A stretch of DNA of 64,000 bases from Spirochaetia bacterium (GCA_963666985.2 CAXXIA010000002.1:3008001-3072000); one strand, 5' to 3'; positions 50,121-60,014 are shown, counted from the stretch's first letter. Numbers and translations: made by a program. Notes: generated by a model not told the origin, from the sequence alone.

Positions 50121-52037
50121 TTGAAAGAATATCCTCATGTCTTTTCACCCATTCGGGTGGGAAACGTTGTTCTGAAAAACAGAATCATATCCGCTCCCAG
50201 CACGATACACAGCTCTTCCTCCGGTCAGCCTTATCCTACCGATGAAGGTATCCGCTTCTTTGAACAGCGGGCCATCGCCGGTGCGGGCCTGGTAACCTGC
50301 GCGGGAGTCAGCCTCGGCGGTGCCTTCAACGACGGACTTCATTGCTCTTGGGATTTGAAGATGGGCAATAAAACCAACCGTCTGGTGGAGCTGACCGAGC
50401 GAATCCATCTTTATGGCGCCAAGTGCACCATGGAACTTATCGGCGTGTTCCCGGACGGTTATACCGTTTCGGACGGCTGTTCCATCATGGGTTCTCCTCC
50501 CATCGGGAGGGAAATCCCCAAAGAGAAGATGGAATGGTTTAAGAATGAGTATATCGAGGCCGCCTTCACTCTGAAGAAAACAGGCTTTGACGGTGTTCTT
50601 CTTCACTTCGGGCACAGCATTCCCATCGCTCAGTTTTTCAGTCCCTATACCAATAAGCGTACCGACGAGTACGGAGGTTCCACGGAGAACCGCACCCGTT
50701 ATGCTTTGGAGATTCTGCAAGGGATTCGACAAGCCTGCGGTAGGGATTTTCTTATCGATGTCCGCATTTCCGGGGATGAGTTTCAGAAAGGCGGCATCGA
50801 CATTGAGGAAGGTCTGCGTATCGCGGAAATCCTGCAGAATCACTGCGACATCCTTCAGGCCAGTGCCGGAATGCATAATCCTGACTGGATGACATGGACC
50901 CATCCCTGCGGTTTTCTTCCGCCCAACCCCAATGTTTATATCGCTGAGAAATGGAAACAATCCGGGAGGATTAATCAGTGCCGTATATCCACGATTGGGG
51001 GCATTACGAAGCTTTCGGACTGTGAGGAAATCCTGGCGCAGAACAAGGCTGATTTTGTTGTTGTGGCGCGGCAGTTTTTTGCCGATCCCGACTGGATTCA
51101 AAAATCCCTGGATGGGCGCTCTGAAGACGTGGTGCCTTGCATCAAATGCATGCGCTGCCATGATTCGGATAATTATGCCCAGCACCTTTTATGCGCCGTG
51201 AATCCCCGATGCGGCATGGAAGCCTCGGTGGCGAAGGTCCCGCCGGCAACTGTTCGAAAGAAAGTCGCCGTTATCGGCGGCGGGCCCGCGGGCATGTCCT
51301 GCGCTCTGGAGGCCGTTGAGCGCGGCCATGATGTCACGCTTTTCGAAAAAGAGTCCGTTCTGGGCGGTTTGCTTTCCTATGCCGACCATGTCGGGTTTAA
51401 ATGGCCGCTTGCCTATTATAAAAATTGGCTGATTGATCAGATTCAAAAAAGCCCGGTGACCGTTAAGATGAACTGCGAGGCCGCCCCCGAGATGATCCGG
51501 GGTTTTGATTCGGTTATTGCCGCGGTGGGATCGGAGCCCGTTGTTCCCAAAGCCATTCCCGGAGTGGAGCATGCGCGTATCGCATCCGCTGTCTACGGGC
51601 GGGAAAAAACGCTCGGCAAACGTATCACCGTAATCGGCGGCGGACAGGTCGGTTTGGAAACCGCCGTGCACCTGCAGCGTCTCGGGCATGATGTTACGAT
51701 CCTCGAAATGCTGAGCCAGCTTGCCGGCGATGCTTCCGCGACGCACCGCGACGAGCTTCTTGTCGAGGCGCGCAATCATGCCGAGAACATTCACGTTATT
51801 CTGGAAGGAACGTGCACGGAAATAAGGCCCTGCGCGGTTCTCTATGAAAAAGACGGCCTGGCGGAGGAAATCCCCGCCGATGATATTCTGCTGGCCGTCG
51901 GACAGCGTTCCAGGCGGGAATTGGCCGACAGCTTTATGAACTGCGCCGATGATTTCTTTGAAATCGGCGACTGCGTGAAGGCGCGGACTCTTGAATGGTG
52001 TACGAAAGAGGGGCTTTATGCCGCGCTGAATCTGTAG
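50121..52037 (+). CDS. NADH:flavin oxidoreductase (OYE barrel + 4Fe-4S + FAD/NAD domain; FadH/BaiH/enoate reductase architecture)
   Basis: LKNRII, NKRTDEYGGS.ENR, CIKCMRC-x11-CAVNP, IGGGPAG, IGGGQVG; TTG start. Confidence 0.9.
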   Translation: MKEYPHVFSPIRVGNVVLKNRIISAPSTIHSSSSGQPYPTDEGIRFFEQRAIAGAGLVTCAGVSLGGAFNDGLHCSWDLKMGNKTNRLVELTERIHLYGAKCTMELIGVFPDGYTVSDGCSIMGSPPIGREIPKEKMEWFKNEYIEAAFTLKKTGFDGVLLHFGHSIPIAQFFSPYTNKRTDEYGGSTENRTRYALEILQGIRQACGRDFLIDVRISGDEFQKGGIDIEEGLRIAEILQNHCDILQASAGMHNPDWMTWTHPCGFLPPNPNVYIAEKWKQSGRINQCRISTIGGITKLSDCEEILAQNKADFVVVARQFFADPDWIQKSLDGRSEDVVPCIKCMRCHDSDNYAQHLLCAVNPRCGMEASVAKVPPATVRKKVAVIGGGPAGMSCALEAVERGHDVTLFEKESVLGGLLSYADHVGFKWPLAYYKNWLIDQIQKSPVTVKMNCEAAPEMIRGFDSVIAAVGSEPVVPKAIPGVEHARIASAVYGREKTLGKRITVIGGGQVGLETAVHLQRLGHDVTILEMLSQLAGDASATHRDELLVEARNHAENIHVILEGTCTEIRPCAVLYEKDGLAEEIPADDILLAVGQRSRRELADSFMNCADDFFEIGDCVKARTLEWCTKEGLYAALNL

Positions 52038-52221
52038 CGGATTGATGGACGAATTCCCCTCGGCCGGGTAAGCCGGGCTTTGGAGCCGGGAACGATACCG
52101 GCCGAGGCGAATCTCAATAACGAAGAGAGACTGCGATGATAACAGGACGGCTAAACATCGGCCGAGGGGCGATAGGGGGTCATCCTCAAAAAAGACGTTT
52201 GAAATAGTGTAAAATGTTTCC

Positions 52222-53163
52222 ATGGAGACATACGCCGTTATCGCCAAGGTCTTTCCTATTTTTCTGCTCTTTCTTCTCGGATACGTTTTCCGGCGAACCG
52301 GATTCCTTTCGGCATCAACCGCTTCGGAAATGAAAAAGCTGGTGGCGAACATCGCCCTGCCGGCGCTTCTGCTTCGGGCTTTTATGAGCATGGAACCGGG
52401 GCGGGATGAGGTGCTGCTGGCTCTGATGATGTTCGCGCTCTGCACCGTCCTGATGGTTGGTTCATTCGCTCTTTTTCGTCTGTTCCGCAGACGGGGGGAT
52501 ATCCGTTCTTACATGGTGAGCGGCTTCGAAGCGGGTATGCTCGGATACGCGCTTTTTCTTTCGGTCTTCGGGAGTGAAGCTCTGCCGGTGTTCGCGACCG
52601 TTGATCTGGGGCAGGTGCTGTTTGTCTTCATCGTTCTCATGCCGATGCTTTTGGCAAGAGCGCGGAGCACCGATGAGGGATTATCCGCATCCGGGATTCT
52701 CAGGTCCGTCCTGATGAATGTGGTGAAAAGCCCTGTTGTATGGTCCATCGTCGGCGGACTCATCCTCGGTGCCGTAAGCCGCGCTTTTCAGATTCCGCCC
52801 AAGCCCTTTGCCCCTCTCTCCGGTTTCCTGGAAATTGTCGGGAATCTAACGGCTCCTCTGATTGCCCTGGCGATTGGCTACGAATTGGAGTTCCGTAAGG
52901 ACCTTCTCGGCAAGGCCGCGCTTTTCGTGCTTGTTCGGAAAGCCGTTCTGATCGGCGCCGCTCTTTTACTGGCGCGGTTTCTGCCGGTGAAAAATCCGCT
53001 TATTCCCATGGCTTTTCTGACGATGCTTCTTCTTCCGCCGCCTTATGTGGTAACTCTGGCCGCCCGGGAGACTGAACAGCCTCTGGTTTCGGGGATTCTC
53101 TCGTTCAGTACGGTCGTCTCTATTCCGGCTTTCGCGCTGGCGCTTGTCTTGGGCGGCTTATGA
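52222..53163 (+). CDS. AEC (auxin efflux carrier) family permease
   Basis: PIFLL..LGY, IALPALL, KSPVV; about 10 TM. Confidence 0.75.
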   Translation: METYAVIAKVFPIFLLFLLGYVFRRTGFLSASTASEMKKLVANIALPALLLRAFMSMEPGRDEVLLALMMFALCTVLMVGSFALFRLFRRRGDIRSYMVSGFEAGMLGYALFLSVFGSEALPVFATVDLGQVLFVFIVLMPMLLARARSTDEGLSASGILRSVLMNVVKSPVVWSIVGGLILGAVSRAFQIPPKPFAPLSGFLEIVGNLTAPLIALAIGYELEFRKDLLGKAALFVLVRKAVLIGAALLLARFLPVKNPLIPMAFLTMLLLPPPYVVTLAARETEQPLVSGILSFSTVVSIPAFALALVLGGL

Positions 53164-54768
53164 GCGGTTTGAGGCGCTGCGCTTCTTTTCTTCTTTCATG
53201 GCGTACATGCCTTTATCCAGTTCGGCGATATCCAGGGTATCGTTCTCATTGATATTACAGAATCCGTAGCTGAAATCCACGTTTGAAATGTTTAAATTTC
53301 GGCGGAAATGATTACGGATTCTTTCAATGATTTTTTCAACGATGTCTCTGTTGGCTTCCTTCATGAGAATCAGGAATTCATCGCCTCCGTATCGGACGAC
53401 CAGATCGTCCTTACGGAGATTGGATTTGGCGGAATTGACCAGTTCCTTGAGGATTCTGTCTCCTTCTTCATGACCAAGGTTATCGTTGTATTCCTTGAAT
53501 CGATCCATATCCAAAAAGACGGCCGAGGCGAACATCCCATCCGGGATATCTTCCAGAATCCTTCGATTATAAGCATTCGTTAGAGTATCTTTATTGTATG
53601 CTTTTCGGAACAATTCCCGTTCCAAAAGCGCCTTTCGGTAATCCAGTAGGAATTCAACACTGAAAAGGACGAGTGTAATAACCGTTGTAAATTGCAGGAC
53701 GGAAGGAAGGTTCGGCGACACAATCATTATAAGAATAAGCTGAATCATGCCCAAAGAAATAAGTCCGGTACCGATGATGTAAAGAGGTTTGTATGAGAGT
53801 TCCTTATGAGTCAGGACAATCGTGATGATGCCGATGAAATGAAGAAGTGAAACAATCATCGCATATACCGAACGGGTGTGGAGAATCCCGACGGTGGGAG
53901 ATGCGATAACCAGGATGAGCGTTGCCAATACGGGAATCCAGCTCCAGCGGGATAGAGTGAATCGGCCGTTGGCCCTTCTGTCGACGGCCGCAAAATAGCA
54001 GTAGATACCGAAAAATGCGGCGACTAAAATCAGTCTTTTTACCAGCGCGTAAAACGCATAAGATCCGGTTGATGTCCGATACGTGAAATCAAAACAGTAA
54101 ATCGTTATAAAAAAACAGGTCAGACCTAAGAGTATTCCCTGAATCCGGTTGTAATCGGAATGCCGTGAGAAGAGGATCAGGATAATTCCAATGATCATGC
54201 ATCCGCCCATCAGGGTTATAAGAAAATCATGAATGATGAATTGAAAAAGAGCCTGTTTTTGAACGGCCTTTTCGGTTGGGATTAAATAAGGCTGACGACC
54301 CATCGCGATAATTTGAGTTCCCGTGAGTTCAAGAGTTACGGTGTTCTTGGAATCGGAGGAATTCGGAAGCTGGAAAACCATAAAATCATTCCAGATGTTC
54401 GCCGTTGGATTGGTTTTATCGGCGATATGAAAAACCGCTTTTCCATTAAAAGAGACGGAAACGGCTGTTGCGTTCAAATCCCAGAAACAGAGACTTTCGT
54501 TTTCCGTCGGGCCCATTTCCGTATAAAGCGTTAATGTCGCGGTATCGCGCAGGTTTTTAAGGAAAGGAATGTCTATGGAATGATTTCCCGATTCATCGAC
54601 GAGGTACCATTCGTTTTGATAAGCCTCGCCGGTACTGATTCTGGGAATGTAAAGGATTCCCTGTAAAACTGCGAAAAGCAGCAGAGATGCACTAATCGAT
54701 AAGAAAATGGTTCGCCGCCGATTTTGACGGATTCCGGTTTCAGCGCCTGATTGTTCTTTAATTTTCAT
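53158..54768 (-). CDS. Multi-TM diguanylate cyclase with extracytoplasmic beta domain (7TM-DISM-like)
   Basis: N-terminal TM, about 150-aa beta-rich domain, about 7 TM, DTLTNAYNR, RKDD, RYGGDEF. Confidence 0.85.
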   Translation of the reverse strand: MKIKEQSGAETGIRQNRRRTIFLSISASLLLFAVLQGILYIPRISTGEAYQNEWYLVDESGNHSIDIPFLKNLRDTATLTLYTEMGPTENESLCFWDLNATAVSVSFNGKAVFHIADKTNPTANIWNDFMVFQLPNSSDSKNTVTLELTGTQIIAMGRQPYLIPTEKAVQKQALFQFIIHDFLITLMGGCMIIGIILILFSRHSDYNRIQGILLGLTCFFITIYCFDFTYRTSTGSYAFYALVKRLILVAAFFGIYCYFAAVDRRANGRFTLSRWSWIPVLATLILVIASPTVGILHTRSVYAMIVSLLHFIGIITIVLTHKELSYKPLYIIGTGLISLGMIQLILIMIVSPNLPSVLQFTTVITLVLFSVEFLLDYRKALLERELFRKAYNKDTLTNAYNRRILEDIPDGMFASAVFLDMDRFKEYNDNLGHEEGDRILKELVNSAKSNLRKDDLVVRYGGDEFLILMKEANRDIVEKIIERIRNHFRRNLNISNVDFSYGFCNINENDTLDIAELDKGMYAMKEEKKRSASNRS

Positions 54769-54903
54769 TTTTTATTTTTATCGGCTATAAAAATAAAATA
54801 CTGTACGAACCGTGATGAAAACGTAAACGAAACAACATTCGAGCAGCCCGGGGATAAGGAACTTGCGGCAGCCTGAATCCGAATGAATCTGCGCTGAATG
54901 CGG

Positions 54904-55221
54904 TTATTCCATCCGAAACACTTCTCGAAGAGGAATGCTGATTGGAGCGTTGTTTTCTTCGGTCTCCATAAGGTCGGCCATGTAATTCCACCATTTTTGC
55001 ACGGCCGGTTCTGCTCCCAAATCCTGAGAGCCTCCTTCGCCGGAAACCTTCTGCACGGCGAAGAGCGAGAGGGTTTGCTCATCATAAAAGATGCTGTAGT
55101 CCGAAATGCCGCCTTCCTTCAGAAGTTCCAGAATCTCCGGCCAGATTTCATCGTGGCGTTTTTTATATTCCTGAATGCAGGAAGCATTTTTGAGCTTCAT
55201 CTTGAAGGCGACTCGGGTCAT
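54904..55221 (-). CDS. rhaM: L-rhamnose mutarotase
   Basis: EYKKRHDEIWPE, DYSIF, WWNYMADLM. Confidence 0.93.
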   Translation of the reverse strand: MTRVAFKMKLKNASCIQEYKKRHDEIWPEILELLKEGGISDYSIFYDEQTLSLFAVQKVSGEGGSQDLGAEPAVQKWWNYMADLMETEENNAPISIPLREVFRME

Positions 55222-55231
55222 GGGGGATCTC

Positions 55232-56275
55232 CTATTGATTCTTCAGTTCGGAATGCTGGGAGCGGAGTTTACGGCCCGCTTTCATGGAGTCCAGTATTTT
55301 CGGGATGAGAACGGCAACGATAAGCAGGGCTCCGGTTGTAATCACCATCACCTTGGCCTGAAGATTCACCAGGGCCATTCCGAATTTCAGGTAACCGACC
55401 AGAAGGCTTGCAATCACTACGCCGAAAATGTTTCCTTTACCTCCCGAAATGGAGACTCCGCCGAGAACAACCAGCATAATGGCATCCATTTCCCAGCCGG
55501 TGGCGATGTTGGGCCTGGTGGAACCGATGCGGCTGGTCAGCAGAATCGCGGCGATTCCGGCAAAAAGTCCGTTTAAGGCGAAATTGATGAATCGTATTCT
55601 TTCCACGGGAATGCCGGTGAAGCGGCTGGCCGAAGCCGAATTGCCGATGGCGAAAAGTTTTCGTCCGTAGGTTGTGTTGTGCAGAATGAAACCCATTATC
55701 AGCACAAGCAGCAAGTAAAGGAGCGCTTCAAAAGGAATAACGGTTCCCGGGATGTAGCCCTGTCCGAGATAGGCAAAATCCTCGGGGTAGTGTGTGTAGG
55801 CGTTATCCCTTAAAAGAGCCTGAGAAATTCCTCGAAAGACCGAAAGAGTCGCCAGGGTAACGGCGATGGCCGGAATCTTTACTTTGGTAACCAGCACCCC
55901 GTTGACGATTCCCGCGGCCAGTCCCGTTGCCGCACCCAGGAGAATCAGCGTTCCGGTTCCGGCTCCTTTCGAGGCCGCGTTTCCCATAACGAACGAAGAG
56001 AGCGCGATGATGGAAGCCACCGAGATATCGATGTCTCCGCAGAGGATGACGAAAATCATGGGCAGAGCCAGGATGGACTTTTCCATGAAGCTGAACGTGG
56101 CGTTCATCAGGTTGAAGTAATCCAGAAAGTAGGGACTGATTGCCGTGAAAAACACAAAAACGCCGATGAGAACCAGAAAGAGGATAAACTCCCACTGCGT
56201 GAGCATCCCGGTAATTCTTTTTTTAAGGGAAAACTCGTTTATGAGCCTGTCCTGTCTGACTAAGTTGCCGCTCAT
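55232..56275 (-). CDS. Rhamnose ABC permease (RhaQ-like)
   Basis: Start ATG 56275 overlapping the upstream stop; DIDISVAS, GWEMDAI..VVLGG. Confidence 0.85.
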   Translation of the reverse strand: MSGNLVRQDRLINEFSLKKRITGMLTQWEFILFLVLIGVFVFFTAISPYFLDYFNLMNATFSFMEKSILALPMIFVILCGDIDISVASIIALSSFVMGNAASKGAGTGTLILLGAATGLAAGIVNGVLVTKVKIPAIAVTLATLSVFRGISQALLRDNAYTHYPEDFAYLGQGYIPGTVIPFEALLYLLLVLIMGFILHNTTYGRKLFAIGNSASASRFTGIPVERIRFINFALNGLFAGIAAILLTSRIGSTRPNIATGWEMDAIMLVVLGGVSISGGKGNIFGVVIASLLVGYLKFGMALVNLQAKVMVITTGALLIVAVLIPKILDSMKAGRKLRSQHSELKNQ

Positions 56276-57255
56276 GCGAGCCTCCTGTTCAGGAGCATGG
56301 TCTCCCGCCGGCGTTCCATGACGACATTGAGTGTCATCGCCGCGATAACGATAAGTCCTTGGAATAATGTTTGAAAGAAAGCCATGTTGCGGATCATGGT
56401 CATGGAATTGTTCAATAGGCCCATAAAGAGCGCCCCGAGGATGACCCCCGGAACGGTTCCGCTTCCTCCGGCAACCGAAACGCCGCCGAGAACGCATGAC
56501 GCTACGGTCTGGAGTTCGAATCCCGTGCCCATTTCGTTCACCGCGGCGGCATACCGGGCCGCCCAGAGTACGCCGCCCAGTCCGCTGACAGTCCCGCTGA
56601 TTGCGAAGATAAGGAACTTCACTTTTTTTTCGCTTACACCGACCAGAACGGCCGCCGATTCGTTCCCGCCTATGGCGTAGATTTCCCGGCCGCTGCGGGT
56701 ATATTTCATGAAATAGTAGAACAGTCCGACGACGATTACGGCGAACCAGATAAGGTTGGGCACGCCGAGCACATGACCGTGCGGCAGGTTCATGAAGGAT
56801 TCGGTCATTTCATGCGCGGTAACCCATTGTCCTTTGCTCACCACGAAGGTAAATCCCCGGTAAACGCTCATGGTGCCCAGGGTGGCGATGATGGCCGGCA
56901 CCTTGCCGAAGGCCACCAGTACGCCGTTGATCATGCCCAGTCCCATGCCGATAAGCGTTCCCGCCAAAAGACAGATCCACGGAGACATTTCGGGATTGTT
57001 CATATTGATCAGGCTGGCGGACATGCCCGCCAAAGCGATGATGGAACCCACCGAAAGATCGATGCCCGCGGTCAGAATAACCAGGAATTGGCCGCAGGCC
57101 ACCATAACGAGTATGGAAGAGTCTTTCAGAATGTTCGCCAGATTCGACGGCTTGATGAACCGGGGCATGAAGATGGTCATCATAATCATGAAGAACAAAA
57201 TAAGGGCGATAAGAACCGCTTCTCTGTTTTCAAAGAGTCTGCCGATCCTCTTCAT
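56272..57255 (-). CDS. Rhamnose ABC permease (RhaP-like)
   Basis: GIDLSVGS, IATLG, GFELQTVASCVLGG. Confidence 0.87.
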   Translation of the reverse strand: MKRIGRLFENREAVLIALILFFMIMMTIFMPRFIKPSNLANILKDSSILVMVACGQFLVILTAGIDLSVGSIIALAGMSASLINMNNPEMSPWICLLAGTLIGMGLGMINGVLVAFGKVPAIIATLGTMSVYRGFTFVVSKGQWVTAHEMTESFMNLPHGHVLGVPNLIWFAVIVVGLFYYFMKYTRSGREIYAIGGNESAAVLVGVSEKKVKFLIFAISGTVSGLGGVLWAARYAAAVNEMGTGFELQTVASCVLGGVSVAGGSGTVPGVILGALFMGLLNNSMTMIRNMAFFQTLFQGLIVIAAMTLNVVMERRRETMLLNRRLA

Positions 57256-58772
57256 GCCATGGCCTCCTCGCCGACCGCGGCGGTGGCGGCGAGCATCACG
57301 CTGTCGGGATTCGCTTCATCCCGATTCATAACGGAGGTAATGAATCCTTCGTGCATAACCACAATACGATCCGACATGCCCAGAACTTCCGGGAGCTCCG
57401 AAGATACCAGAATAATCGCCTTTCCTTCGGCGGCCATTTCCGAAACGATTTTATGAACCCGGGCTTTGGTACCCACGTCGATGCCCTTGGTCGGCTCGTC
57501 CAGAATGAGGATTTCGGGATCGGTGGATAGCCATTTGGCCAAAACCACTTTCTGCTGATTCCCGCCCGAGAGAGTGGAGGTGTTGACCGAGAGCCCCGCG
57601 GATTTAATTTCGATCTTCTTGGCGAAATCACTGGCGAGGATGCGTTCGGCCTTGCGGTCCAGTACGCCGAAGTGGGCCAAGTCGTCGATTTTCGGCAGAG
57701 TGATATTGTCGGTGATGCTCATATCAAGAATGGTTCCCTGTTCATGACGGTCTTCGGGAATGTAGGCGATACCGGCCCGCATGGCATCTTTCGGGCGTGA
57801 GAAATGAACCTTTTTGCCTTTGAGGCGAACCGTTCCGCCTGAAGCTTTATCGATGCCGAAAAGCACGCGCATAACTTCTGTTCTGCCCGCGCCGATGAGT
57901 CCGAAAAACCCGAGGATTTCCCCCTTATGGAGTTGAAAGCCGACATTCTTGAAAAATCCGATGCGGCTCAAGTTTTCCACTTCTAAAATACTCTCACCGA
58001 TTGCCGCTTCGCCCTTCGGAAAAAGCTGATCCAGAGAACGGCCGACCATCAGATTGATGATGCCGCCTACGGTGGCGTCGGCCACGTTCCCTTCGCCGAC
58101 CATTTGTCCGTCTCTGAAAACGGTGTAGGTATCACAGATATCGAAGATTTCTTCAAACTTGTGGGAAATGAAAATGATGGCTTTCCCTTCATCCCTCAGT
58201 CTCCGAATGATTTTGTAAAGATCTTCCACCTCGCGGAGGGTGAGGGCGCTGGTGGGTTCGTCCATAATAACGATTCGGGCATCGATGGAGAGAGCTTTGG
58301 CAATCTCCACCATATGTCTTTGGGCTACGCCGAGGCTCTTTACCGGAGCATCCGGAGAAATGCTGAGTTCCAGGGAATCCAACAGCTCCCGGGTTCGGGC
58401 CTTCATGGACTTCCAGTCGACCGGACCGCGGCCCTTTTTGCCTTTCTTGGTGTGATGCCCCATGAAAATGTTCTCGGTAACCGTCAGTTCCGAGAACATC
58501 GACGCTTCCTGGTGGATGGCCGTAATACCGGCCGCCTGGGCATCCAGAGCGGTTTTAAAAGTGACTTCACCACCGTCCATCAGAATCCGGCCGGCGGTTT
58601 GTTTGTACACTCCGGTCATAATTTTAACCAGAGTGGACTTCCCGGCACCGTTTTCACCGATCAGGGCGTGCACCTCTCCGGGACGGACCGTAAAATCAAC
58701 GTTGTCCAGAGCTTTGATGCCGGGGAAATACATGGAGATGTTTTTCAGCTCCAAGATGGGTTTCGTCTCCAA
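57252..58772 (-). CDS. CUT2 sugar ABC ATPase, rhamnose importer
   Basis: GENGAGKST, DEPT twice, LSGGNQQK. Confidence 0.92.
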   Translation of the reverse strand: METKPILELKNISMYFPGIKALDNVDFTVRPGEVHALIGENGAGKSTLVKIMTGVYKQTAGRILMDGGEVTFKTALDAQAAGITAIHQEASMFSELTVTENIFMGHHTKKGKKGRGPVDWKSMKARTRELLDSLELSISPDAPVKSLGVAQRHMVEIAKALSIDARIVIMDEPTSALTLREVEDLYKIIRRLRDEGKAIIFISHKFEEIFDICDTYTVFRDGQMVGEGNVADATVGGIINLMVGRSLDQLFPKGEAAIGESILEVENLSRIGFFKNVGFQLHKGEILGFFGLIGAGRTEVMRVLFGIDKASGGTVRLKGKKVHFSRPKDAMRAGIAYIPEDRHEQGTILDMSITDNITLPKIDDLAHFGVLDRKAERILASDFAKKIEIKSAGLSVNTSTLSGGNQQKVVLAKWLSTDPEILILDEPTKGIDVGTKARVHKIVSEMAAEGKAIILVSSELPEVLGMSDRIVVMHEGFITSVMNRDEANPDSVMLAATAAVGEEAMA

Positions 58773-59000
58773 ATTCTCGACCTCTTATTTCATCAGTTCT
58801 TGTTGATATGTCATATCTCTGTCCGGCGGCATCCTTCCTTCTCTTCAATTTTTTCAGGAACGATATCGCCGGATAAAGGGCCGCGCTTTTCGACTCTGGG
58901 TTTTATCGGCGCGGCCGTGTTTTTGAAGTAAACGAGGCCCGGCGCTTCTTTCCCCGAGGAAAGACGGCGGCCCGGACCTGTTCGGGTTCAACCGCCCGAT

Positions 59001-60014
59001 TTAGAAAATGGATGCGAAGTCCGCGACATTCGATGCGTCGAAGACGAACGGAGCGCCCATGATGGCTTCGCCGTTCGCGCCGACTTTGATCTCGCCCATC
59101 CGGCCCGCGGCAATCACATCGCCTTCGCCGCCGGCGGCCTTGCCGGAGATAAGAGCTTCACAGATGTAAGTTGCGCTGTAGCCCAGATCGACGGGATTCC
59201 ACAGGGCCATCTGGCCGCAGGTTCCGTTTTCGATGTAGTGCTGCATTTCGGAGGGAAGTCCCAAGCCGGTAAGCTGCACTTTGCCTTTCAGACCTTCGTC
59301 CTCGATGGCCTTGGCCGCTGCAAGAACGCCGACGGTGGTGGGGGAAATAATGCCCGCCAGGTTGGGATACTTGCTGAAGAGGCCCACGGCTTCTCTGTAA
59401 CTCTTATCCGAAGCATCGTCGCCGTAGACGACTTCGACGATTTTCATCTTGGCATACTCGGGCTTTTTGACTTCTTCGTACATCCACTTAATCCAGGCGT
59501 TCTGGTTGGTTGCCTGACTCGTGGCCGAAAGAATGGCGATTTCTCCCTTGTTGCCGCAGAGTTCGGCGATGAGCTGGACCTGCTGGCGGCCGATGAACTC
59601 GGCATTGGAAGGAGAGAGATTCACCATGCGGCCCGCGGCGGAGATGCCGGAGTCCCAGGAGATCACCTTAATGCCCGCGGCCATGGCCTTTTTGGTAACG
59701 GGCACTAGAGCGTCGGTGTCGTTGGCGCTGATGGCGATGGCGTCGACCTTTTGAGCGATGAGGGTTTCGATGATTTCAATCTGCCCCTCGGCCGTGGCCT
59801 GGCTCGGTCCCATGTATTCGACATCGATGTTGCCGAGTTCACCGGCCGCTTCCTGAGCACCGTCGTCACAGGCTTCGAAGAAGCCGTTTCCGAGGCTTTT
59901 TACCAGGAGAACCATCTTGTACTTGCCGCCATCGGCGGTGTCGGCTTTTCCTGAAGCGAAAACAGCGCCTGCGGCCAGAGAGAGCACGAGAAGGATGCTG
60001 AGAACCTTTTTCAT
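59001..60014 (-). CDS. Rhamnose ABC substrate-binding protein
   Basis: Start ATG 60014; KSLGNGFF, ATNQNAW, PTTVG, TGLGLPSEM, LWNPVDLGY; operon with rhaM. Confidence 0.9.
   Translation of the reverse strand: MKKVLSILLVLSLAAGAVFASGKADTADGGKYKMVLLVKSLGNGFFEACDDGAQEAAGELGNIDVEYMGPSQATAEGQIEIIETLIAQKVDAIAISANDTDALVPVTKKAMAAGIKVISWDSGISAAGRMVNLSPSNAEFIGRQQVQLIAELCGNKGEIAILSATSQATNQNAWIKWMYEEVKKPEYAKMKIVEVVYGDDASDKSYREAVGLFSKYPNLAGIISPTTVGVLAAAKAIEDEGLKGKVQLTGLGLPSEMQHYIENGTCGQMALWNPVDLGYSATYICEALISGKAAGGEGDVIAAGRMGEIKVGANGEAIMGAPFVFDASNVADFASIF

Noticed and set aside
58946..58965. Hairpin between the rhamnose binding-protein and ATPase genes
   Set aside because: Ordinary mRNA-stabilising or attenuating stem-loop, common after binding-protein genes
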